DNA of 27,214 nucleotides from a virus (Duplodnaviria; Heunggongvirae; Uroviricota; Caudoviricetes): IMG/VR virus record IMGVR_UViG_3300039366_000144, positions 1 to 27,214 of that record; one strand, 5' to 3'. Shown piece by piece: positions 9,278 to 17,648 of this stretch (position 1 is its first letter; each line of letters starts with the position of its first letter). The notes under the pieces were generated by a model. It saw only the letters and a program-made list of their open reading frames with translations, ran no database searches and was not told where the DNA came from. The position numbers and the translations under genes were made by a program.

Positions 9278-10261
9278 TCATTTTTGTTTTAGCTTGATAA
9301 TTTCCGATATTATGTTTGTTAGCTTTGAATCTGAAAGATTCTGCAGTCTATCTTTCTCAATAGAAACTGTAGTCTGTCCCTTTTCTAATATGAAATTTCT
9401 TTCTGTCTTCATCAAGTGCATAGCCAACTCTTTTATCATATCTTCGCTCTTGAACTCTTGAACATATTTTAATGACATAACTTTCATCTCAATATTTGTA
9501 ATTTCATTTTGAAAATATTTAATCTCGTCAAACCCATTTTTATAGAGACGCAGAAAGAAATAAGCAAACAGCTCAACAACAATTACAAATGACAATTTAG
9601 GAAGGTGATGAATAAAAAAGTCCAAACCATCTACTATGGCTGGAGCGCTGTAAAGAAAATAAGCAAGGAATAATATCCCTGTTAACGCAATTGTAGTTCC
9701 GATTGCAAGGTTAACCCCACCTCGTCGATTGAGCCTGTCAATTTCGGACTCTAATCTTAGAACCATATCAGTATGGAGTTTGTGTAAGCTATAGCTTTTC
9801 TTAAAATTTGATATATCGGTCTTTAGGCTACTATCTGCCAAGAGTATTGTGTTTCCAATTATTCTTTTTTTTGCATCGGATATTAATTTATTTCTTTCGC
9901 TTTCCGTTAATTCAACTGAAACCCCAGAAGACGACTTTTCTTCAACCTCAGTCAACCTTCTATGTAATCTCAATATCTCCTTGTGAAGAATATGGCTCGT
10001 TCTTTCAATACTTCTACCGCCAATCCCTTTATTTAGATAAGAGGTCATCGCAGTAAAAAAAATGCCAAGGAATGTCGCAAAAACTGACAAGTATAAAAAG
10101 AACCTCTTTTTCTCGCTTATAACTTCTAATAGTGCTAATGATGAAGCTTGAACATTTGAAAACAAAAACAAAAGCACTAAAAAAATGGCTATAAACATTG
10201 TTGCTATAGTAATAAAATGTTTTCCTGAAAGATAAATTATAAAATCAATAATATTTTTCAT
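9278..10261 (-). CDS. Membrane protein of unknown function, 327 aa: two TM hairpins separated by a ~100-aa charged coiled-coil segment, plus a C-terminal soluble domain
   Basis: Hydrophobic helices at about residues 16-34, 54-76, 183-206 and 223-239; strongly AT-rich relative to flanks; no recognisable enzymatic motif. Confidence 0.45.
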   Translation of the reverse strand: MKNIIDFIIYLSGKHFITIATMFIAIFLVLLFLFSNVQASSLALLEVISEKKRFFLYLSVFATFLGIFFTAMTSYLNKGIGGRSIERTSHILHKEILRLHRRLTEVEEKSSSGVSVELTESERNKLISDAKKRIIGNTILLADSSLKTDISNFKKSYSLHKLHTDMVLRLESEIDRLNRRGGVNLAIGTTIALTGILFLAYFLYSAPAIVDGLDFFIHHLPKLSFVIVVELFAYFFLRLYKNGFDEIKYFQNEITNIEMKVMSLKYVQEFKSEDMIKELAMHLMKTERNFILEKGQTTVSIEKDRLQNLSDSKLTNIISEIIKLKQK

Positions 10262-10554
10262 TTTATTTTCATCCCGAAGTGATTTTGGGTAAAATAATTG
10301 AAAAGATGATAAATTGCAAGATTCACATTACTATTTAATTTAAAATGACTATACTTCTCCGTACATTGATATCCAATCTTAGACGGGAAAAACTTCTTAG
10401 TCAGCTAAAGCCAATGCTACCCTTTCTATCGAATCCCCCTCTGATCTAACATATACAAGCGTCAACCCATCGGCAGTGATAATTCTATGAGGATGCCTAA
10501 AAACAAGCCCCTGAGGTGCTCCCCGCTCATTAAGACAATACATCTTGCAACTCT

Positions 10555-10641
10555 GCTTTTGGCACATAGCAGCCTTCATGGCAGTAGCACTCCGTCATGG
10601 GGTGTCGGGGGTCGGAGGTTCAAATCCTCTCGTGCCGACCA
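10555..10641 (+). other. tRNA-Pro(GGG)-like sequence, copy B: intact 3' ~50 nt (10592..10641, ending CCA) with a degenerate 5' half; likely att-site remnant or pseudo-tRNA
   Basis: CGTCATGGGGTGTCGGGGGTCGGAGGTTCAAATCCTCTCGTGCCGACCA matches the recalled proL 3' half; the 5' part carries insertions and cannot form the D-arm. Confidence 0.6.
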
Positions 10642-10651
10642 AAAACCCCTT

Positions 10652-10681
10652 AAAAACCAGCCTATTATGGCTGGTTTTTTT
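10652..10681 (+). terminator. Rho-independent terminator (stem CCAGCC/GGCTGG, loop TATTAT, then 7 T), A-run upstream, possibly bidirectional
   Basis: Hairpin and T-run read directly, immediately after the tRNA-Pro-like CCA end. Confidence 0.7.
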
Positions 10682-10882
10682 ATGATTGTTTTTTATGCGG
10701 AGAAATACCGGGGAATAATTGGGGTAAAACACCTTGAGGCTATTCACTTAGCCTACCACCATCAAAATCTTTCCGAATGTATCCATCTCTTTTTTCTTAT
10801 GCAGCTAAAACGAAGTCTTGATACTGTTTATTTACACAGATAAGAATAATACTGTCTACAAACGCAGTACAAAAGAAGTGTT

Positions 10883-11061
10883 ATGCATATTGAGATCTCC
10901 ATAGCCAAAGACAAAATGACCAAATGCCAAACGGCGCTGTGGACGCGTTAAAGGAAGAATTAACCCAACACATTGGCAAGCGTTATGACGATGTGGAGAT
11001 GATCGTAAAAGCCACCAGCAACGATAGTTTTTCAGTTAGACATACTGCAGATAAAGATTGA
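10883..11061 (+). pseudogene. dinI-like (DNA-damage-inducible protein I family) pseudogene, frameshifted and C-terminally short
   Basis: Frame 1 gives [12 protein letters not shown]... (DinI-like N-terminus) then stops; a second frame continues ...[35 protein letters not shown] (DinI-like core). Confidence 0.5.
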
Positions 11062-11142
11062 GCTAAAACTTTCGTTCAGGAAACTCTGAATGATACCTGA
11101 GAGTCTACTGAAGAGTTGTTTGTTCACTAGTTAGCACGTAGG

Positions 11143-11221
11143 AAATTATTCAATACTCGCACTATCGAACATTCACCAGCCAACCGCAGCACCTTCTTGC
11201 ATGCGACGAGCCTGCGGTTTC
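11143..11221. repeat. Imperfect ~79-bp direct repeat, copy B (see 8674..8752)
   Basis: Alignment by eye to copy A; the hairpin is less well preserved in this copy. Confidence 0.6.
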
Positions 11222-11559
11222 ATTTATCTCCGACCGGAAACTTCTTATACAAAGTTGACACACCAACATCATAGATAATCGCCACCTTCTGGCGAGGAAC
11301 TCCTGATGCAATTAATCGCCTGGCCTACGCCCATTATTCAGGGGTAAATTTGGGACGGCAGCCCCCAATTCCATCCTCAGTTCTCCCTCGCACTGAGGAG
11401 TAGTAAGTGCAATTATTTAAAAAATCGCAAACAGAATATTATTATTTATTCTTGCATTCTGTTAATTAAAACTACACATAAAAACGTTGATACTTGATAA
11501 GTAAGTAGAGTATTATTAATGGTTTTAATAACGAACCTTTTAATTATGAGAAGCCTCAA

Positions 11560-12585
11560 ATGACAAGTACCGAAAACATAACAAGAAAAAAAATGGATGG
11601 AGTAACAATATTAAGATTTATAGCTGCTTTTTATGTGTTTATTTTTCACATTAACATGAGGGTCCCTGTTAATTTTGGAGAACTGCTTAATAAAACCATT
11701 AGTAATGGCGTCATTGGCATGAGTATTTTCTTCATGCTTTCTGGTTTTGTTTTGACTTATAATTACTATGGTTCCTTGTCAAAGAATTACTTCAGGAAGC
11801 GAATAGCAAGAATATTTCCAGCCTATTTATTTTGTGGGCTTTTAACCCTTCCATTTTTGTTATCCAGCAATGCAAGTTTTTTAAAAATGATTGCAAGCAT
11901 ATTCTTGTTTGTTACTGGAATGCAATCATGGATTTATCAGACCTTCGATTTTTGGAATTTTAGCGGGACCTGGTCAATATCAGTTGAATTGTTTTTTTAT
12001 GCCCTGTTTCCATTTTTGATAAAAAGCATCAACAAAAATAATGTAATTTATGTTTTACTTTTTTCATATTTATCCTCAGCATTATTAATCCCATTGTCTG
12101 ATATAATCCAGGGACCTGTAGTTTGGTCCGTATATTATGCAACTCCCATATACAGATTACCAGAATTTGTGGTGGGCATCTGTATAGCAATACTTTTTTT
12201 AAATGGCTATCGTGTTAACCATTATACATGGCTATTAAGCATTTTATTATTTATGTATGCTACCACCCAGCAAAACAATAACTCCATGGGGGTAAACTAC
12301 CTCACAATTCCTGCGATATCAATTATGTTATTGCACCTGGCAAAAATCAACATAAAAAATAATATTGCAAACAGAGCGATCATTTACTTTGGAGATATAA
12401 GTTATTCGTTTTATTTGATGCAATTACCTATATTATATTACCTGGATCATAATAAAAACTCATTTATTCTTAACTATGGTCTTTTTAGCTGGCTTGTACT
12501 TTTTGTTATTAATACTGCAATGGCATCATTATCTTATCACTTTCTGGAGAAGAACGATAAAATCAGAAAAATAATTACATCCTGA
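11560..12585 (+). CDS. Acyltransferase family 3 integral membrane protein (Oac-like O-acetyltransferase; candidate lysogenic-conversion gene)
   Basis: Multi-TM protein with N-terminal ...DGVTILRFIAAFYVFIFH (conserved Arg and His of the acyltransferase-3 family); ~30% GC; sits next to the tail-fibre genes; alternative start ATG 11593. Confidence 0.75.
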   Translation: MTSTENITRKKMDGVTILRFIAAFYVFIFHINMRVPVNFGELLNKTISNGVIGMSIFFMLSGFVLTYNYYGSLSKNYFRKRIARIFPAYLFCGLLTLPFLLSSNASFLKMIASIFLFVTGMQSWIYQTFDFWNFSGTWSISVELFFYALFPFLIKSINKNNVIYVLLFSYLSSALLIPLSDIIQGPVVWSVYYATPIYRLPEFVVGICIAILFLNGYRVNHYTWLLSILLFMYATTQQNNNSMGVNYLTIPAISIMLLHLAKINIKNNIANRAIIYFGDISYSFYLMQLPILYYLDHNKNSFILNYGLFSWLVLFVINTAMASLSYHFLEKNDKIRKIITS

Positions 12586-12586
12586 T

Positions 12587-12612
12587 TTATTAGGGGGGTA
12601 CCCCCCTAATAA
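12587..12612. terminator. Perfect palindrome ATTAGGGGGGTACCCCCCTAAT between convergent genes; likely bidirectional terminator
   Basis: Inverted repeat read directly, flanked by A/T runs, between the acyltransferase stop (12585) and the tail fibre assembly gene stop (12627). Confidence 0.6.
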
Positions 12613-12626
12613 TACACCACATAATT

Positions 12627-13022
12627 TCAACGTATTATCTCTGGCCTTTCTGGCCAGGTTATTTCTGGAATTAAGGACAAATCCACTGACATTAAATTAT
12701 TAACATATTCCTTCCATAACAAAAGATTGTTCTTGTTATTTTCACTTATAATACCGAGTAACAAATCTGACTGCCAGTTCATAATTAAACCATTAGCACT
12801 ATCCAGCAGACACTGTCTTTCATTCTCTGCCTCACGAAGTAATTCATCATGTGTTTTTGGCGGCTGCGTAGGTGACGAAAGCTTTCCCTTATCATAGAAC
12901 CAACCAATTCTTACATTATCGGATACAGGTATAACTAACGCATTAGTTGGTTGCCAGGCACTCTCACCATCCCATACCGCAATATTGGTAACAACACCAT
13001 TTTCTATAACGGCATAGTTCAT
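12627..13022 (-). CDS. Phage tail fibre assembly protein (Tfa, Mu gpU-like)
   Basis: [19 protein letters not shown]... N-terminus typical of Tfa; start overlaps the tail fibre stop; last gene of the tail operon. Confidence 0.75.
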   Translation of the reverse strand: MNYAVIENGVVTNIAVWDGESAWQPTNALVIPVSDNVRIGWFYDKGKLSSPTQPPKTHDELLREAENERQCLLDSANGLIMNWQSDLLLGIISENNKNNLLLWKEYVNNLMSVDLSLIPEITWPERPEIIR

Positions 13023-13972
13023 CACGCATACTCCCAAATGATTGCAATACCAGCCATTCCGCTACCTCCGGCACGCTGCTGCGTCGCTCCACCGTAGACA
13101 CAGGCACCACCGCCTCCACCACCATGGCCATTAGCATTAATACCTTCGCCTACAATGGCTTGTGACCCAGCCCCCGCACCAAGGATTGAATCGCCGCCAG
13201 GCCCCCCCATCGCCAGACTGCCGGAATACCGAACGCCTGGTGAGCTATAACCGCTTCCAGACCCGATAATATTTGCACCTGTAAATCCCGGCTCAGTATA
13301 TGCTCCATACGGACCAACAACCCCAGGAGCAGTGCCTTCAGCAAGAACATTCCCACCAAGACCACCTTTGGCAATTATGGTATTGCCGAAAGAGGTTGTT
13401 CCCCCAGGAGCACCAACCGACGCACTTGCACCAGTGCCACCATATCCTATTGTCACAGTAGTTACGGTTGGATTATCCACGCGAGCTTTAACATACTCCC
13501 CGGACATCCCCCCGCCACCACAAGCAGCATTATTGGGATAACCGACCTGACAACCACCACCGGCCCCACCACCACCAACAATTTCAACAATAATAAATTT
13601 TGTGCCTTTTGTCGGAGTGTATGTACCTGAGCTTTTAAACACCTGACACTGTATAAGCCTCCCGGAGCCATCTCCCAAACCAAGGTTTTCGAGAGCCGTT
13701 TTCACCGTGCCGTCCGATTTGATATCACCAAACGGATTCTTGCGGCTTAACAGCAGCGCACGAAGCGCGGTAAGCAACTGGTCGTGCCGCGCCTTCTCCA
13801 GGCTGGCACCGGAGGCCTCCACCACGCTGCAAAGCTCCTCCTGCAACATGTCAAAGTAGTCATCATCCAGATCGGTGGCAGGCGTGCCGGTCTGGGGGTT
13901 ACCACGGGTAAAACCGTTCTTACCCGCGCCGAACTTATCCTTCTGCGCGGTTTTCGTGTCTATACGATGCAT
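13022..13972 (-). CDS. Phage tail fibre protein with glycine-rich C-terminal repeats
   Basis: Position between the baseplate and Tfa genes; GGGGAGGG / [17 protein letters not shown] repeats typical of side tail fibres. Confidence 0.7.
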   Translation of the reverse strand: MHRIDTKTAQKDKFGAGKNGFTRGNPQTGTPATDLDDDYFDMLQEELCSVVEASGASLEKARHDQLLTALRALLLSRKNPFGDIKSDGTVKTALENLGLGDGSGRLIQCQVFKSSGTYTPTKGTKFIIVEIVGGGGAGGGCQVGYPNNAACGGGGMSGEYVKARVDNPTVTTVTIGYGGTGASASVGAPGGTTSFGNTIIAKGGLGGNVLAEGTAPGVVGPYGAYTEPGFTGANIIGSGSGYSSPGVRYSGSLAMGGPGGDSILGAGAGSQAIVGEGINANGHGGGGGGACVYGGATQQRAGGSGMAGIAIIWEYA

Positions 13973-13975
13973 GGA

Positions 13976-14560
13976 TTACTCCGGATATTTAAAAATCACA
14001 TAGGTATGCGACGGGCAGAGTTTGTTAAGAACACACTCGACAACGGTGTCGCCCCAGATACGCAGCGCAGAATCACAGGGATCGCCACATGTCATCCAGG
14101 TGGTGTTGGTGGCGGCTGGCATGTTGACCTGCCAGTAATACCGCCATTCCGGCGCATTCACCGCGTCAGTACAGGCCGATGAGCAGGTGAACGTGCTTTT
14201 GTCGTATCGCGTGATGGTAGCGTCTGGTCTGCCCAGGGCAGCAAGCTGTGCAAGATAACAATTCTCGTTGATGCCGCCCGCCAGGTTAACCTTCGCATCC
14301 AGCCGTTGCTGACGCTGGCGAAGGGTCTGTGTCCCTGCGGGAATACATTCATCCGGCAGAGCGCACAGACGCTCCCAGCGGTTTATCAGTTCAGTGGTGG
14401 TGCGCGGATCCAGCTCCCGCATCAGGGCATCCGCACGCTGATGAACGCGGGTTAATGACGGTGCCGCACCGGCAATCGCCGGATCGCTGGCTGACCACGC
14501 CGGACCGGGGGGCAACAGTGCCGACAACAGACGGATGTAATCATCGTTTGTCACGTCCAT
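13976..14560 (-). CDS. Phage tail/baseplate protein, Mu gp48-like (DUF2313, YmfQ-like)
   Basis: Position in a Mu-order tail module; sequence resemblance to YmfQ-type proteins from memory. Confidence 0.6.
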   Translation of the reverse strand: MDVTNDDYIRLLSALLPPGPAWSASDPAIAGAAPSLTRVHQRADALMRELDPRTTTELINRWERLCALPDECIPAGTQTLRQRQQRLDAKVNLAGGINENCYLAQLAALGRPDATITRYDKSTFTCSSACTDAVNAPEWRYYWQVNMPAATNTTWMTCGDPCDSALRIWGDTVVECVLNKLCPSHTYVIFKYPE

Positions 14561-15609
14561 GAAATCGTCCCCAGTACCGCCAGTTCATTTTTTGCAATGG
14601 AGATATTGTCTGCCGGTGCAAGCAACTGATGGCTGTATTCCCCGTTCGCACCGGAAATCGCCTCACTGATACGCGATACCTTCAGTTCTCCCTGCGGATA
14701 ACCATCACGCAGCAGGAACGAACGCAACTCCGCGGTGATGGCAGCCCGTATTTCCGGTGTGTCCGGCGTCACGCGGATATGAAAATCCACCGTATGTGCC
14801 ACCGGCCTGAACACATACAAATCAGAGCCTGCCACCGGGACCAGTGGCTCGATATGTTGTCTTGCCGCCGTTTCCGTTGATTCTTCCGGAATGGGATTAA
14901 TCAGGTCACTGCCGGCAATCATCACACCGACAGTTCCCGTTCCCATCCAGTGACGGTATGTCCATGCGCGGGTAATGCCGGGCACTTCTTTAGCCCAGAC
15001 GACATAGTCCCCGTCAGCCCCGCCCTGCGGCGTCCAGTAATACCGCTCAATGACGCGGGCGCGCCACGTTTCCAGCTCTTCAGTATCAAATCCGCCTGTC
15101 AGGGTGTCAGCCACACCGGAAGACGGCAGACCATTCACCGGCGTGACCAGGATTAATGACGTACCGTCGTCAGCGTTACCGACCGCGCCTGCACTTGAGC
15201 AGGCGATCGGCACGCGCAGGACACCACCGGAGCTGGTTGCATCGGCAGTTGCCGTGTACTGAACCAGGTCATCGCGCTGAATAACACTCCCGGCGGTCAC
15301 CTTCAGGCCATCGCTGACACCTTCCCAGCGCATATACCCGCTGGCAGCCGTGGCCCCCTTGCGCGGACACCGTTTCATCGCAGCATGTCGCGCCAGCCAT
15401 GACTCATCACACAGGTCAGGCAGCATGTTCATTGCCAGATAATCGATGTAACCGTAAACCGTATGCAGCGCCGCCGCATACACCTTTGCCCGCACGTCTT
15501 CATCCATGCGCCGGAGCGTGTCGCTGACGTCCAGCCTGGCGAATAAATCGTTACGGAGCATACTGATATTTTCTGCCAGCGTCGGGCGATGAAATTCACT
15601 GTCCGCCAT
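14551..15609 (-). CDS. Baseplate J-like protein (Mu gp47-like)
   Basis: Size and order in the operon; overlaps neighbours by a few nt (translational coupling). Confidence 0.65.
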   Translation of the reverse strand: MADSEFHRPTLAENISMLRNDLFARLDVSDTLRRMDEDVRAKVYAAALHTVYGYIDYLAMNMLPDLCDESWLARHAAMKRCPRKGATAASGYMRWEGVSDGLKVTAGSVIQRDDLVQYTATADATSSGGVLRVPIACSSAGAVGNADDGTSLILVTPVNGLPSSGVADTLTGGFDTEELETWRARVIERYYWTPQGGADGDYVVWAKEVPGITRAWTYRHWMGTGTVGVMIAGSDLINPIPEESTETAARQHIEPLVPVAGSDLYVFRPVAHTVDFHIRVTPDTPEIRAAITAELRSFLLRDGYPQGELKVSRISEAISGANGEYSHQLLAPADNISIAKNELAVLGTISWT

Positions 15610-16024
15610 GCGTTATCGCACTCCACAGATCATCAAAAGAAATCATTACCGGTCCGTCACGACGCCAGAGAGTGATACTGTTACCCAGTTCATTAATCCC
15701 GGTGCGGCGGATATCCAGATCAATACGGGACACCACGCCGTCATCAGTCATCCATTGCAGGCATTCGCGGATATACCCCCTTACCGTCTGCACCAGCTGA
15801 TTGGTCAGTTTGCTGCGCTGAAGCAGCCACAGTCTGGAGCCGTAACGGTCATTCTGTACCGCAGGCCAGGTATCCCCCCACCATCCCATCGGGACGTCGG
15901 CGTTGTCATCAGGCTCCGCCCGCCGCCAGGTAAACAGGGAAATCACCACGGCGCGGGTCAGCGGATCCAGCGGTGCGCTGGCGCAGGTGCGTTTACCGTT
16001 CACCGTCAGCCACACTTCCATCAT
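15596..16024 (-). CDS. Phage baseplate protein, Mu gp46-like
   Basis: Size and order between gp45-like and gp47-like genes. Confidence 0.55.
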   Translation of the reverse strand: MMEVWLTVNGKRTCASAPLDPLTRAVVISLFTWRRAEPDDNADVPMGWWGDTWPAVQNDRYGSRLWLLQRSKLTNQLVQTVRGYIRECLQWMTDDGVVSRIDLDIRRTGINELGNSITLWRRDGPVMISFDDLWSAITHGGQ

Positions 16025-16569
16025 GCCTCCATCGCTTTATCAGGTTTGTCGGTGTTACTGCCCTGACCGTTCTCTCTGTGACGATGCCCGTTATAGGCAA
16101 GCCGCATCGCTGACATGGTGGTGCCGCCGGAGTCGCACAGGTCTTTCACCTGTCCGGTCACTTCCAGGTCCATTTCAAAACGTGCCTTAGGCGCATTGCG
16201 AAACGTGATCGTTTTACCTGCACCGTCCACCACGATCCCCTCCCGGGTCAGCGTCACGGACTGCCCCTGATCGTCATAGACAGCCACCTCACCCGTCTGC
16301 AGCCCTTTCAGGCGGTAGCGACGGTCCGACACCGTAACAACCACCGCATGAGAACGGTCGCCATCCGGAAACAACACCACCGCTTCCGCACCGCTGTTTG
16401 CCCTTGCGGTAAAACCGTAGGGTTCAAGATGTTCAACCCCGGCTTTGGGTTCACCGGCAATCAGGGACACATCCACGGTCTGACATTTCGTGGCGGCACT
16501 GATGCTTTTCACCACGGCCCGCCCAATCAGGCCGAGGAGTTGTCGCTGCATGGCTTCAATCGTCCTCAT
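16021..16569 (-). CDS. Baseplate assembly protein V / spike (Mu gp45-like)
   Basis: Size and order in the operon. Confidence 0.55.
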   Translation of the reverse strand: MRTIEAMQRQLLGLIGRAVVKSISAATKCQTVDVSLIAGEPKAGVEHLEPYGFTARANSGAEAVVLFPDGDRSHAVVVTVSDRRYRLKGLQTGEVAVYDDQGQSVTLTREGIVVDGAGKTITFRNAPKARFEMDLEVTGQVKDLCDSGGTTMSAMRLAYNGHRHRENGQGSNTDKPDKAMEA

Positions 16570-17648
16570 CAGAACGGGTCCTCCTGTACTCTGGCTTTTT
16601 TCTTTTTCCGCGCGCCGGGGGCTTCGGGTTCAGGCAGATAAGCATCAGGCGGGCCGACACGGATTTCCGTCAGGGTGCCGTTCTGGTCCTGAGTAAACGT
16701 GACTTCCGAGACAAGCAGTTCGGTATTGTCGAAACCACAGACCGGATCGAAGACAATCACCCGCTGGTTGGGCTGCCACAGCGTACCGTTACCCTGTCGC
16801 CAGCCCTGCACCACATAGGTGGTTTCATCCGTCCGCGCCGCCCGTTGTCGGGCTTCAAAGTCAGCACGGGCAATACAGCCTGCCCCTGTGGCCTGCCCTG
16901 TCTGCCTGATATACATCGGACGGTAACGGGAAATAAATGCGTCCTCTGTGCGGGCCCGCAGCGCGGTGGTGGTGGCCTCACCGAAATCATCGTCGTTTCC
17001 GGCACGCTGCCCCGCCACCTGGTAAACTGAAAACCGCTCCCGGATACTCTTCTCCGTATCACAGGAAAGGATGTTTTCCCCAAGTACCAGCGCGGTATGT
17101 GCCCGCGTTGAGCCAATACCGCCAATCACCAGCCTGCCGTGCGGGTCGTCGTAAGCCAGTGCCTGCTGCTGACCGAGTATTTTGTTGATCACCTCAATCA
17201 CCGTTTCGCCGTGATCAGGCTGGACATCAGGAATAACACCCGACGGCGCACTGTTGTTCACCACCTCAATGCCGAAAGGCGCAGCAAGCGCCTGCGCAAT
17301 CTGTACCAGCGATCGTCCGTTAAACTGTGTCGGTTCGGCTGCACAGTCAATCAGGTCAGCGGTCAGACTGCGTCCGGCAATACCGATGCTGACCGAACGG
17401 GCATCGTAACGAACGGGCGTCGCCTCCACCCAGCCAGTGATCACCAGCTCATCACCAATCAGCACCTCCACTTTTGAACCGTTTTTAATGCGCGGCTGAA
17501 GCGTGGTAATCCCCTCATATCCCGGCCACTGGTGGGTGATCTCCACACTGAAATCCCGCGCCAGCCGTTCAATACCGGCACCGATGCGCACCGATGTCCA
17601 GCCATTCCACTCCCGGCCATTTACCCGTAGCGTGACGTTATCGTTCAT
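16569..17648 (-). CDS. Baseplate hub protein (Mu gp44-like, phage late control D family)
   Basis: Size and order downstream of the DNA circulation protein. Confidence 0.6.
   Translation of the reverse strand: MNDNVTLRVNGREWNGWTSVRIGAGIERLARDFSVEITHQWPGYEGITTLQPRIKNGSKVEVLIGDELVITGWVEATPVRYDARSVSIGIAGRSLTADLIDCAAEPTQFNGRSLVQIAQALAAPFGIEVVNNSAPSGVIPDVQPDHGETVIEVINKILGQQQALAYDDPHGRLVIGGIGSTRAHTALVLGENILSCDTEKSIRERFSVYQVAGQRAGNDDDFGEATTTALRARTEDAFISRYRPMYIRQTGQATGAGCIARADFEARQRAARTDETTYVVQGWRQGNGTLWQPNQRVIVFDPVCGFDNTELLVSEVTFTQDQNGTLTEIRVGPPDAYLPEPEAPGARKKKKARVQEDPF

Noticed and set aside
10397-10843. Short ORFs 10397..10579 (minus) and 10487..10843 (plus)
   Set aside because: Both overlap the tRNA-Pro-like sequence and terminator with no convincing start context; probably fortuitous, although the minus-strand one could be a gene fragment.
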